Shown here: positions 18,005-27,351 of the stretch, piece by piece
Layout of the letters: each line of letters opens with the position of its first letter
Numbering within the stretch: the first letter of the stretch is position 1
Assembly: GCA_963745915.1 (NCBI GenBank)
Contig: CAVUZA010000001.1
Location: 14,622-78,621, forward strand
Origin: an uncultured Solirubrobacterales bacterium
GTDB taxonomy: Bacteria > Actinomycetota > Thermoleophilia > Solirubrobacterales > 70-9
Length of the DNA: 64,000 bases
Reading direction: 5' to 3'
Translations under genes and position numbers: made by a program
The notes under the pieces: model-generated
Database searches by the model: none
What the model was told of the DNA's origin: nothing
What the model saw: only the letters and a program-made list of their open reading frames with translations

Positions 18005-18231
18005 TCGAGGATGTCGACTATGACGCGGCGGTCGAGGCGCACCGCCGCGGCCTTGGCGATCGTGCGGATCGCGTTGGCGATCCGGCCGCCTTTGCCGATC
18101 ACCCGGCCGAGGTCGTCCTCGGCGACGCTGATCTCGTAGACCAGGTCGCCTTCCTCTTCGAGCTCCTCGACGACGACCGCGGAGGGGTCCTCGACGAGCG
18201 CCTTGACGAGGAACTCGAGCAGCTCGGTCAC
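18001..18231 (-). CDS. KH-domain RNA-binding protein (YlqC-like)
   Basis: The GTG at 18231 gives 76 aa: LVKALVEDP...VAEDDLGRVIGKGGRIANAIRTI (GxxG KH motif). The upstream part of the track ORF is Arg/Ser-rich noise. Confidence 0.85.
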   Translation of the reverse strand: MTELLEFLVKALVEDPSAVVVEELEEEGDLVYEISVAEDDLGRVIGKGGRIANAIRTIAKAAAVRLDRRVIVDILD

Positions 18232-18238
18232 GGCCCGC

Positions 18239-18493
18239 TCAGCTGCCCGAGGCGGCGATGCCCTTGGTCCGCAGCAGGGTGGCGACCGTCTCCGACGGCT
18301 GCGCCCCGTGCTCGAGCCAGTGCTTGGCGCGCGCCTCGTCGAGCTCGATCGTCGAGGGCTCGGTCTGCGGGTTGTACTGGCCGATCGTCTCGATCGTGCG
18401 ACCGTCACGCGGCGAGCGCTTGTCGGCGACGACGATCCGCCAGATCGGGTTCTTCTTCGACCCGACGCGTCTTAGTCTGATTCGTACGGCCAT
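18239..18493 (-). CDS. rpsP: 30S ribosomal protein S16
   Basis: [40 protein letters not shown]. Confidence 0.95.
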   Translation of the reverse strand: MAVRIRLRRVGSKKNPIWRIVVADKRSPRDGRTIETIGQYNPQTEPSTIELDEARAKHWLEHGAQPSETVATLLRTKGIAASGS

Positions 18494-18509
18494 CTGGGAC
18501 TGCGGCAGG

Positions 18510-19877
18510 TTAGCGCCTCTTGAACTTCGGGCGCGGCGCTCCTCCCGCCATCTGGGCCAGCTGCTGCGGGTCGGGCATCTTGCCGGCCGTCATCTGGCGC
18601 ATCATCTTGCGCATCTGGTCGAATTGCTTGACCAGCTGGTTGACCTGCTGCACCTTGGTCCCCGAGCCGTTGGCGATCCGTTTGCGCCGCGAGCCCTTGA
18701 TCAGCGCCGGGTTGGCGCGCTCGGCGGGCGTCATCGAGAGGATGATCGCCTCGACCCGGTCCAGCTCGCCCTCGTCGACGTCAGCGTTCTTCAGCTGCTT
18801 CATCGCCCCCATCCCGGGCAGCATCCCGATCAGGCCGCTGAGCGGGCCCATCTTGCGCACCTGGCGCATCTGCTGCAGGAAGTCCTCGAGCGTGAACTGG
18901 TTGCTGCGCAGTTTCGCCTCGAGGTCCTCGGCCTGCTTGGCGTCGATCCGCTCCTCGGCCGTCTCGATCAGGCTGAGCACGTCGCCCATGCCGAGGATGC
19001 GCGATGCCATCCGCTCGGGGTGGAAGCGGTCGAAGGCCTCCAGCTTCTCGCCGGTCGAGGCGAAGAGGATCGGCTTGCCGGTCACCGCCTTGACCGAGAG
19101 CGCCGCGCCGCCGCGGGCGTCGCCGTCGAGCTTGGTCATCACCACGCCGTCGAACTCGGCGGTCTCGGCGAAGGATTCGGCGACGCCGACCGCGTCCTGG
19201 CCGGTCATCGCGTCGACGACGAGCAGCACGTCGTGGGGCTTGACCCGCTTGCGGATCCGGGCCAGCTCGTCCATCAGGTCGCCGTCGATGTGCAGGCGGC
19301 CGGCGGTGTCGACGATCAGCACGTCGCGGCGCTCTTCGCGGGCGCGGTCGAGGGCCCAGCCGGCGATCTCGACCGGGTCGGCCTCGGTGCCCTGCTCGTA
19401 GACCGTCGCCCCCGCTCGCTCGCCGACGGTGACCAGCTGCTCGACCGCCGCCGGCCGGTACACGTCGCAGGCGGCCAGCGCCACGTCCTGTTTCTCTTTG
19501 GTGCCCAGGTGGCGGGCCAGCTTGGCGCAGGCGGTCGTCTTGCCCGAGCCCTGCAGGCCGGCCATCAGGATCACGGTCGGGCCGCTGGAGGCCATCGCCA
19601 GCTCGCTGCCGGTGCCGCCCATCAGCCCGGTCAGCTCCTCGTTGACGATCTTCACCACCTGCTGGCCGGGATCGAGGCTGTCGAGCACCTCCTCCCCGAG
19701 GCAGCGCTCCTTGAGCGTCTTGGTGAACGACTTGACGACCTTGAAGTTGACGTCGGCCTCGAGCAGCGCCAGCCGGATCTCGCGCATCGCCGCGTCGACG
19801 TCGGCCTCGCTCAGCTTGCCCCGCGAGCGCACCTCGGAGAGCGTCGCCTGCAGCCGGTCTGAGAGCTGGTCGAACAT
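18510..19877 (-). CDS. ffh: Signal recognition particle protein Ffh
   Basis: 455 aa. [26 protein letters not shown], and a Met-rich M domain ([17 protein letters not shown]). Confidence 0.95.
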   Translation of the reverse strand: MFDQLSDRLQATLSEVRSRGKLSEADVDAAMREIRLALLEADVNFKVVKSFTKTLKERCLGEEVLDSLDPGQQVVKIVNEELTGLMGGTGSELAMASSGPTVILMAGLQGSGKTTACAKLARHLGTKEKQDVALAACDVYRPAAVEQLVTVGERAGATVYEQGTEADPVEIAGWALDRAREERRDVLIVDTAGRLHIDGDLMDELARIRKRVKPHDVLLVVDAMTGQDAVGVAESFAETAEFDGVVMTKLDGDARGGAALSVKAVTGKPILFASTGEKLEAFDRFHPERMASRILGMGDVLSLIETAEERIDAKQAEDLEAKLRSNQFTLEDFLQQMRQVRKMGPLSGLIGMLPGMGAMKQLKNADVDEGELDRVEAIILSMTPAERANPALIKGSRRKRIANGSGTKVQQVNQLVKQFDQMRKMMRQMTAGKMPDPQQLAQMAGGAPRPKFKRR

Positions 19878-19898
19878 CCGAACGCCGACTCTACGGGA

Positions 19899-19946
19899 CT
19901 GACTTCCCGGTTTGGGACGAAATTGCGCCCCAAACCAGGAAGTCAG
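19899..19946. repeat. 48-nt hairpin-forming inverted repeat between the ftsY stop and the ffh start
   Basis: CTGACTTCCCGGTTTGGG / 12-nt loop / CCCAAACCAGGAAGTCAG. The 18-nt arms have one mismatch. It is AT-richer than its surroundings. Confidence 0.8.
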
Positions 19947-19949
19947 CCC

Positions 19950-20949
19950 TCAGGGGGTGAGCAGGGCGCGGGCGAAGTCGGCGGGGTCGAAGGGGCGCAG
20001 GTCCTCGAGCGTCTCGCCGGTGCCGATCAGCTTCACCGGGATGCCCAGCTCGTCGGCGATCGCCAGGCAGATGCCGCCCTTGGCGGTGCCGTCGAGCTTG
20101 GTCAGGACGACGCCGTCGACCTCGACCGCCTCGGCGAAGACGCGCGCCTGGCGCAGCCCGTTCTGGCCGGTGGTGGCGTCGACCGAGAGCAGCGTCTCGT
20201 GCGGGGCGCCGGGCAGCTGCTTGCCGATCACGCGGCGCACCTTGGCCAGCTCGTCCATCAGGTTGCCCTGGGTGTGGAGGCGGCCGGCGGTGTCGACGAT
20301 CACCACGTCGGCGCCGCGGGCGCGGGCGGCGGCGATCGCGTCGAAGGCGACCGCGCCCGGGTCGCCGCCCTCCGCGGAGCGGACCAGCTGGGCGCCGGCG
20401 CGCTCGGCCCACTCGGCCAGTCTGCTCGGCGGCGGCGGCGCGGTAGGTGTCGGCGGCGCCGAGCACCACCGAGAGGCCGAACTCGCGCGATAGGTGCCAG
20501 GCGATCTTGCCGATCGTCGTCGTCTTGCCGGTGCCGTTGACGCCGACCATCAGCAGCACCGCGGGCTCGCCGCTGAGGTCGATCGGCGCCCGGCCGCTGC
20601 CGGCCACCTCGGCGAGGATCTCGACCAGGCGCTCCTGCACGGCGTCGCCGTCGGCGGCGACCGCCCCGGACTCGACCTCGCGCTCGAGCCGCTCGACCAC
20701 CTTGGCCGTGGTCGGCGCCCCGGCGTCGGCGAGGATCAGCGCCTCCTCGAGACGCTCCCAGGTCTGCTCGTCGATGCGGTCGAAGAAGCTGGCCGAGAGC
20801 TCCTCGCTCAGAGCCTGGCGGCTCTTGGAGAGGCTCTCGCGCAGGCGGCGGAAGACGCCGCGCCGCTGCTCGCCGGGCTCAGCCTCGGCCGAGGCGTTCG
20901 CGCTCGCGCGCGAACCGAGGTCGAGTATCTCCTGCCAGGTCGTCGCCAT
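19950..20949 (-). pseudogene. ftsY: SRP receptor FtsY, split by an apparent 1-nt insertion at about 20421
   Basis: The N frame (ORF 19891..20949) is good to ...[13 protein letters not shown]...[13 protein letters not shown]. The rest ([12 protein letters not shown]...DTAGRLHTQ...[10 protein letters not shown]) is in ORF 19950..20306 and its upstream extension. Confidence 0.9.
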
Positions 20950-22396
20950 CGGACTCGGCCGGGGAGGCTACCCGGGCGGCGGCGATCAGCTCCTCGACGG
21001 CCTCCTCGAGGTAGCCCGGCAGGCGGTCGGCGTCGGGCAGCGCGGCGCGGTCGCCGAGAATGCCGAAGTTGACCCGGCCGTTGTAGCTGATGATCGCGAT
21101 CGCCAGCCCGTGGCGGCGGGCGAGGAAGCCGATCGGGTAGACGCCGGTCAGCTCGCGGCCGCGGATGTAGAAGGGGATCTGCGGCCCAGGGAAGTTGGTG
21201 ACCAGCAGGTTGAAGAGCCGGGTCGAGAAGTTGATCGCCGCCGTCGGCCCGAGCAGCAGCGGCGGGGCGAAGTCACGGAACCAGTCGTTGAGGCCCCAGA
21301 TCGCTTCCGCCCCGAGCGGCTGCTTGGAGTCCTTCAGCCCCTCCATCTCCTCGTGCACGGCGCGCAGCCGCTCGACCGGGTCGGCGATGCCGACCGGCAG
21401 CGGCCCGCGCATCGCCGTCAGTTTGTTGCCCAGCTCGCCCTGCTCGTCGATCGTGCGGATCGAGACCGGGACCAGCGCCTTCAACTCCATCCCCTCGGTG
21501 TCGACCTCGCGATCGTGCAGCCAGCGGCGCAGGGCGCCGGCGGTGGCGGTGAGGATCACGTCGTTGACGGTCGCGCCGAGCGCGTTCTTGACCTGCTTGA
21601 ACTCGGCCAGGTCGAAGCCGGCCCAGGTGAAGCAGCGCTGCGGGCCGATCTCGACGTTGAGCGGCACCTGCGGCGCCGGGCGCGCCAGGTTCCAGGTCAC
21701 CTCCCAGAGGCCGGCGATGCCGTCGGCGGCGCGGCGGCGGGCGCGGCCGGGCTGGCGCAGGGCGCGGCCCAGCCAGCGCCCCATGCGGCGCACGGTGTCC
21801 CAGACGCCGCCGAAGGCGCGGCCGAGCAGGCCGAAGCCGTTCGGCGTCGGCTGCGGCTGCCAGGGCTCCTCCTCGCCGATCGGGCCGGCCTCGGGCCCGG
21901 CGTCGAAGAGCAGGGTGCCGATGTCGACCGCGGAGAAGCCGTCGGCCATCGCGTGGTGGGTCTTGTAGACGACGGCGAAGCGGTCCTCGGCGAAGCCCTC
22001 GACCAGGACCAGCTCCCAGAGCGGCCGGCTGCGGTCCAGCGGCGGCGAGAGCACCTCGCCGACGACGTCGTGGAACTGCTCCTCGCTGCCCGGCTCCGGC
22101 AGCCTCACCCGGCGCACGTGGTTGTCGAGGTCGAAATCGTGGTCGTCGACCCAGAACGGCGTGCCCAGGCGCAGCGGCGGGAAGGCGAGGCGCTGGCGCA
22201 GGCGCGGCAGCAGGTGGACGCGGCTGCGCACGTGGGCGAGGAACTCCTCGGGGGCGGGCGGCTCGCCCTCGCAGACCAGCACCGCGCCGATCGCCATGTG
22301 CCCGTTGGACCTCTCGTTGGTCAGGAACGACGTGTCGAACGACGTCAGCCTGTCCATGTGGCGCTGGGCCATCGCGGCCCTCCTTTCGCTCCCCAC
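20879..22396 (-). CDS. Wax ester synthase/diacylglycerol acyltransferase (WS/DGAT) family
   Basis: 505 aa with the active-site motif HHAMADG. Alternative starts at 22372 and 22357. The 3' end overlaps the ftsY start by 71 nt. Confidence 0.85.
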   Translation of the reverse strand: MGSERRAAMAQRHMDRLTSFDTSFLTNERSNGHMAIGAVLVCEGEPPAPEEFLAHVRSRVHLLPRLRQRLAFPPLRLGTPFWVDDHDFDLDNHVRRVRLPEPGSEEQFHDVVGEVLSPPLDRSRPLWELVLVEGFAEDRFAVVYKTHHAMADGFSAVDIGTLLFDAGPEAGPIGEEEPWQPQPTPNGFGLLGRAFGGVWDTVRRMGRWLGRALRQPGRARRRAADGIAGLWEVTWNLARPAPQVPLNVEIGPQRCFTWAGFDLAEFKQVKNALGATVNDVILTATAGALRRWLHDREVDTEGMELKALVPVSIRTIDEQGELGNKLTAMRGPLPVGIADPVERLRAVHEEMEGLKDSKQPLGAEAIWGLNDWFRDFAPPLLLGPTAAINFSTRLFNLLVTNFPGPQIPFYIRGRELTGVYPIGFLARRHGLAIAIISYNGRVNFGILGDRAALPDADRLPGYLEEAVEELIAAARVASPAESDGDDLAGDTRPRFARERERLGRG

Positions 22397-22507
22397 CGAG
22401 AGCGTAGCGCAGGGGTCAGGCTGAAAACGTGTGGGTTTCTTTAACCGTCGAAGAAAGGCGCGCTCCGTTTCGACGCGTATGGACGCGCAACGGAGCGCGC
22501 TTCGCCG

Positions 22508-24966
22508 CTAGGCCGCTTCGGCCGAGCCGGGCCGCGGCTGGGCCTCGCCGAGCGCGCTCTGAGCCTCGGGCGCCTGGGCCTCGCCCTGCTCGGCGAGGCC
22601 GGCGAATGGCGGCGGGCCCGCGGCCTCGTCCCCGGCGCCGGCGTCGCCGCCCTCCTCGGCGACTTCGCGCGGGAGCTTGCGGGAGACGACCTTGGTGATC
22701 CCGTCGCCGCCCATGCTCACCCCGTAGAGCACGTCGGCGGCGTCCATCGTCCGTTTCTGGTGGGTGACGATGACGAACTGGGCGCGGTCGGAGAAGCGCC
22801 GGATCAGCTGCAGGAAGCGGTCGATGTTGGCGTCGTCGAGGGCGGCCTCGACCTCGTCGAGGATGTAGAAGGGGCAGGGCCGGGCGAGGAAGACGGCGAA
22901 GACGAAGGCGATCGCGACCAGCGACTTCTCGCCGCCGGAGAGCAGCGAGAGCTTGCGCGTCGACTTGCCCGCCGGGGTCACCTCGATCTCGACCCCGAAC
23001 TCCTCGCGGGCCTCTTCCTCCTCCTCGTCGTCGACCTCGCCCTCGGCCGCCTCGCCCTCGGCCTCGGCCTCGGCGGCGCGCACGGCGCGCAGCGCCACCC
23101 GGCGCAGGCGGCCGCGACCACCGGGGAAGAGGTGCTCGACCATCTCCTCGAAGTTCTTCGCCGTCGCCTCGAAGGTCTGCTCGAAGGCGCGCTCGATCTC
23201 GTTGTCGATGTCGCGGATCAGCGCCTCCAGCTCGCGCATGCCGCGCTCGGTGTCCTCGCGCTGGGCCTGCAGCGCCTCGACGTGCTCGCGCGCCTCCTCG
23301 TACTCCTGCTCGGCCAGCGGGTTGACCGGGCCGATCTGGGCGCGGCGCCGCTCTAGCCGCCCGAGCCGGCGGTCGATCTCGGCCCGCTCCTCCTCGCCCA
23401 GCGCCTGCTCGGCGGGCGGGATCTCCTCGCCCAGCCGCTCGGCGATCGCCGCCAGCTCCTTGGCCGCCTCGGCGCGGCGGTCGCCGAGGTGGGCGGCCTC
23501 GACCTCGACCTCGGTGAGCCGGTCGGCGGCGGCGTTCATCGCGCTCTGCAGCTCGGCCTCGCGCTGCGAGCAGGAGCGCATCTCCTCGGCGATCTCGTCG
23601 CCGTCGTCCTCGCCGCCGACGACGCGCTGCTCGATCCGCTCGACCCGGGCCCGGATCGCGGCCTCGGCGGCGCTCGCCGCGGCCGCCGCCGAGCGCACGT
23701 CGTCGAGCAGCTCCTCGCCGGCCGCCAGGCGCTCGAGCAGCGCCTCGCGGTGGCGCTCGCCGAGCAGGCCCTCGGCCCGGCGGGCGTGGCGGGTGGCGCG
23801 CTCGGCGCCGCTGCGCACCGCGCCCAGGGCGGCCTCGCGGGCCGCCTCGGATGCCGCGGCGGAGCGGGCCTTGGCCAGCCCCTCGCCGGCGCCGGCGAGG
23901 CCGGCCTCGATCTCGCCCAGCTCCTCCTCCAGCTTGCGCGCCCGCTCGCCGGGCGCCGCCTCGCTGCCGACGTCGAGCGTCAGCGGCCCGAGCTCGGTGC
24001 GCAGCGCCTCGAGCCGCGGTGCCGATCTCGGCCTCGCGGTCGGCCAGGCCGGAGGCGCGGATCGCGACCCGCTGCTGGTCGCCGCGCAGCTTGGTCAGCA
24101 CCCCCCAGGCCTCGGTGCGCTGGCGGTCGCGGGCGGCGAAGCGCTCCTCGGCGGAGCGGCGCTGCTCGCTGACCTCGGCCAGCTGCTTCTCCAGCCGCTC
24201 GCGCTCGGCCCGGGCCTCGGCGGCCGCCTTCTCCGCCGCCGCGGCGCGGTCGGCGCCGAAGCGCAGTTCCTCGGCGACCAGCCGGCCGCGCAGGCCGAGC
24301 TCCTCGCGCTCGATCCGCGCCCCCAGCTCGGCCGCCTGGGCCTGGCGCTTGAGCGGCCGCAGCCGGGCGCGCGCCTCGCGCTCGAGGTCGAGCGCGCGGT
24401 CGAGGTTGTCGCCGGCGGCGCGCAGCTTCAGCTCCGCCCGGCGGCGGCGCTTGCGGTGCTTGCCGAGCCCGGCGGCCTCCTCGATCAGCAGGCGGCGCTC
24501 GCGCGGCTTTGAGTGGACGATCGACTCGACCCGGCCCTGGCTGATCACCGAGTGCATCTCGCGGCCGAGGTTGGTGTCGGAGAGCACCTCGGTGACGTCG
24601 ACCAGGCGGCAGCGGGCGCCGTTGAGCCGGTAGCCGCCGTCGCCGGAGCGGTCGAGCGTGCGCTGGACGGCGATCTCGGAGAGCTCGGTGGCGGCGCGCC
24701 CTTCGGAGTTGTCGATCGTCACCTCGACCTCGGCCTGGCGGCGCTGGCCGACGCCCTTGCCGCCGGCCGAGATCACGTCCTGCATCGAGGCGCCGCGGAT
24801 CGCCCCGGGGCTCTGCTCGCCGAGCGCCCAGAGCACCGCGTCGGTGATGTTCGACTTGCCCGAGCCGTTGGGGCCGACGATCACGCTGACGCCAGGGCGA
24901 GAACTCGAGCCGCTGCCGCTCGGGGAACGACTTGAACCCCTTCATCTCGATCGATCTCAGGTACAT
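22508..24966 (-). pseudogene. smc: SMC-type chromosome partition ATPase, ~818 aa when repaired; two apparent 1-nt insertions (about 24894 and about 24011-24023); no recognisable hinge
   Basis: MYLRSIEMKGFKSF..(shift)..VIVGPNGSGKSNITDA (Walker A), coiled coil, (shift), ...LSGGEKSLVAIAFVFA (signature), FYILDEVEAALD (Walker B), VIVTHQKRTM. The 2459-nt length is 2 mod 3. Confidence 0.85.
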
Positions 24967-25043
24967 GCGCTCGCTACGCCCTCGCCTTCCTCAGCCCGTA
25001 GCTTGGCAAGGCTCGCGATCGGGTCGGACGCGACCGCAGCCGC

Positions 25044-25722
25044 TCAGCCGTCCAGCCGCTTCATCGCCTGCTCCGCCGCGGCCTGCTCGGCCGCCTTCTT
25101 GCTGCGGCCCGCGCCCTCGCCGACGCGCTCGGCGTCGACCACGGCGGCGACCTCGAAGTGGCGCTGGTGGGCGGGGCCGGATTCGCTCGGTCACTTCGTA
25201 GCTGACCCGCGCCCGGCGCCGGGCGAGCATCTCCTGCAGGGCCGACTTGAAGTCGATCGTCGCTTCGGAGGCGTGCTCGATGCGCTCGGCGAAAGCGGCG
25301 GCGACCGCCGGCGCCAGCCGCTCGAAGCCGAAGGCGAGGAAGCAGGCGCCGATCAGCGCCTCGGTCGCCTCCGGCACCGGGCGCTCGCCGTCGAGCAGGA
25401 TCTGGGCCGGGATCGCGGTCTCCAGGTCGGCGGGCTCGCCGGCGCGCAGCATCTCCGGCACCCCCAGCGCGTCGCCGACCTCGGTGCAGGCGACGCCGCT
25501 GACCGCCTGGTTGTGGATCTTGGTCAGACCGCCGGCGGCGATCTCGGGGAAGCGCTCGACCAGGTCGGCGGCGACAGCCAGGGCGAGCACGCTGTCGCCG
25601 AGGTAGGCGAGGCGCTCGTAGGACTCGGCCCGGTCCTCGGTCCAGGAGGCGTGGGTGAGCGCCTGGCGGCGCAGGTCCTCGGGCAACTCCGCGATCAGCT
25701 CGGCGAGGGCGTCGACGCTCAC
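25044..25722 (-). pseudogene. rnc: Ribonuclease III, with an apparent 1-nt insertion at about 25182-25183
   Basis: Candidate GTG at 25720-25722. ALTHASW, ERLAYLGDSVLALAVA (RNase III signature), ALIGACFL. The dsRBD (SGPAHQRHFEV...GRSKKAAEQAAAEQAMKRL) continues in another frame to the TGA at 25044. The 679-nt length is 1 mod 3. Confidence 0.88.
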
Positions 25723-25968
25723 GTCGGCCGGGGCGTGCTCGAGCACGAACTCGACCGCGTCGCCGACGGTGGCGATCTTCGCCGCCTGCTCCTCGGAGAC
25801 CTTGACGCCGTAGGTGTCCTCGAGCTCCATCACCAGCTCGTAGAGGTCGAGCGAGTCGGCGTCGAGGTCCTCCTTGAAGCGGGTGCCCTCCTCGATCCGC
25901 CCGGCGTCGACCTCGAGCTCCTCGGCGAGGTGCTCGCGGACCAGGGTGAGGACTTCCTCGCGGCTCAT
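25723..25968 (-). CDS. acpP: Acyl carrier protein module with no stop codon of its own; it reads in frame into rnc
   Basis: ATG at 25968, preceded by AGGAA. MSREEVLTLVREHLAEELEVD...FKEDLDADSLDLYELVMELED (DSL phosphopantetheine Ser) ...VGDAVEFVLEH. Confidence 0.85.
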
Positions 25969-25981
25969 CGCCGGGTTCCTA

Positions 25982-27016
25982 TCACGCCGCGCCGCCGCCG
26001 TCACGCGCCTCGGCGAGCGCGCCGCGGCCGGCGCCGCCCTCGCGCAGCAGCGCCGCGGTGCGACCGACGGCGTCGACCTCGGCGCAGCGCGCGGCGAGGC
26101 GGACGGCGTTGGCGATCCCCTCGGCGCCGGAGCTGCCGTGGCCGACGACGGCGATCCCGCGCAGGCCGAGCAGGATCGCGCCGCCGGTGGAGTCCGGGTG
26201 CAGCTCGCGGCGCAGGCCGCCGAGCGCCGGGCGCAGCAGCAGGCCGCCGAGCGCGGCCAGCGGGTTGGAGCGGGCGGCGTCGCGGATCGCCCCGGTCACG
26301 CGTCTTCGCCGTGCCCTCCATCAGCTTCAGGGCGACGTTGCCGGTGAAGCCGTCGGTGACGACCACGTCGGCGGCACCGCCGGGCAGGTCGCGGCCCTCG
26401 ACGTTGCCGGCGAACTCGATGCCGGTCGCGGCGGCCAGCGCGCGTGCGCGGCGACCACCTCCTCGCGGCCCTTGCCCGCCTCCTCGCCAACCGAGAGCAG
26501 GCCGACCCGCGGGCGCTCGACCCCGAGCACCGCCTCGCTGAAGGCGGCGCCGAGGAAGGCGAACTGGACCAGGTGCTGGGCCCGCGCCTCGACGTTGGCG
26601 CCGACGTCGAGGAAGAGCACCGCCTTGCCGGGCAGCGGCAGCTGCACCGCCAGCGCCGGGCGCTGCACGCCCTTCAGCCGCCGCAGGCCGAAGGTGGCGG
26701 CGGCCATCGTCGCCCCGGTCGAGCCGGGGCTGGCCAGCGCCCGCGAGCGCCCCGCGGCGACGTCGGCAGCGGCGCGCACGACCGACGCCTCCGGCTTCGC
26801 CCGCACCGCCGCGACCGGCTCCTCCTCGTTGGCGATCCACTCCTCGGTGGGAACGACCTCGACTCCGGCAGCCCCGTCCAGGCGCAGTTCATCCGGCGGC
26901 CCGAAGACCCGCACCCCGATCCCGTCGGCCGCGGCCATCCGCGCGCCCTCGGCCAGCACACCGAACCCCTGCTCCGCCCCGAATCCGTCCAGGGCGACCG
27001 TGACGCCCTCCGGCAT
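25982..27016 (-). pseudogene. plsX: Phosphate acyltransferase PlsX, carried in three frames (apparent -1 at about 26437-26446 and +1 at about 26300)
   Basis: Frame 1 (26327..27016): MPEGVTVALDGFG...LDVGANV...[19 protein letters not shown]. Frame 2: [18 protein letters not shown]...[20 protein letters not shown]. Frame 3 (25982..26299): VTGAIRD...[19 protein letters not shown]. The total of 1035 nt is 0 mod 3. Confidence 0.88.
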
Positions 27017-27018
27017 CG

Positions 27019-27237
27019 CTACTCGTCGTCAGGCGTGGGCGCCGGCGCCGTCGGCTCGAGCGCCGGCAGCTCGACCACCTGGCGCCCGGCGTACGTCCCG
27101 CACTCGGGGCAGACCCGGTGGGGCCGCCGCGGGCTGTGGCATTTCGGGCAGCGATTGAGCGTCGCCTTCCCGGCCTTGTGCTGCGCCCGCCGCTTGTCCC
27201 GCCGCGCACGCGATGTTCTCTTCTTGGGGACCGCCAT
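27019..27237 (-). CDS. rpmF: 50S ribosomal protein L32 (Zn-ribbon form)
   Basis: MAVPKKRTSRARRDKRRAQ...CPKC...CPECG. The track ORF extends 4 codons further, to 27249. Confidence 0.93.
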   Translation of the reverse strand: MAVPKKRTSRARRDKRRAQHKAGKATLNRCPKCHSPRRPHRVCPECGTYAGRQVVELPALEPTAPAPTPDDE

Positions 27238-27262
27238 TGAGCGGAGCATGGTAGCGGGTCGA

Positions 27263-27339
27263 GAGAGCGCCGGGCGCCCCTGTCAAAACGCTCGGCAGGA
27301 GCCTCGCTTGAGTGTTTTGACAGGGGCGCCCGGCGCTCT
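27263..27339. repeat. Copy B (inverted orientation) of the family-1 palindromic repeat
   Basis: AGAGCGCCGGGCGCCCCTGTCAAAAC / centre GCTCGGCAGGAGCCTCGCTTGAGT / GTTTTGACAGGGGCGCCCGGCGCTCT. The arms pair perfectly. It lies between the yceD stop (27352) and the rpmF start. Confidence 0.85.
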
Positions 27340-27351
27340 TCCGTCCTCTGC

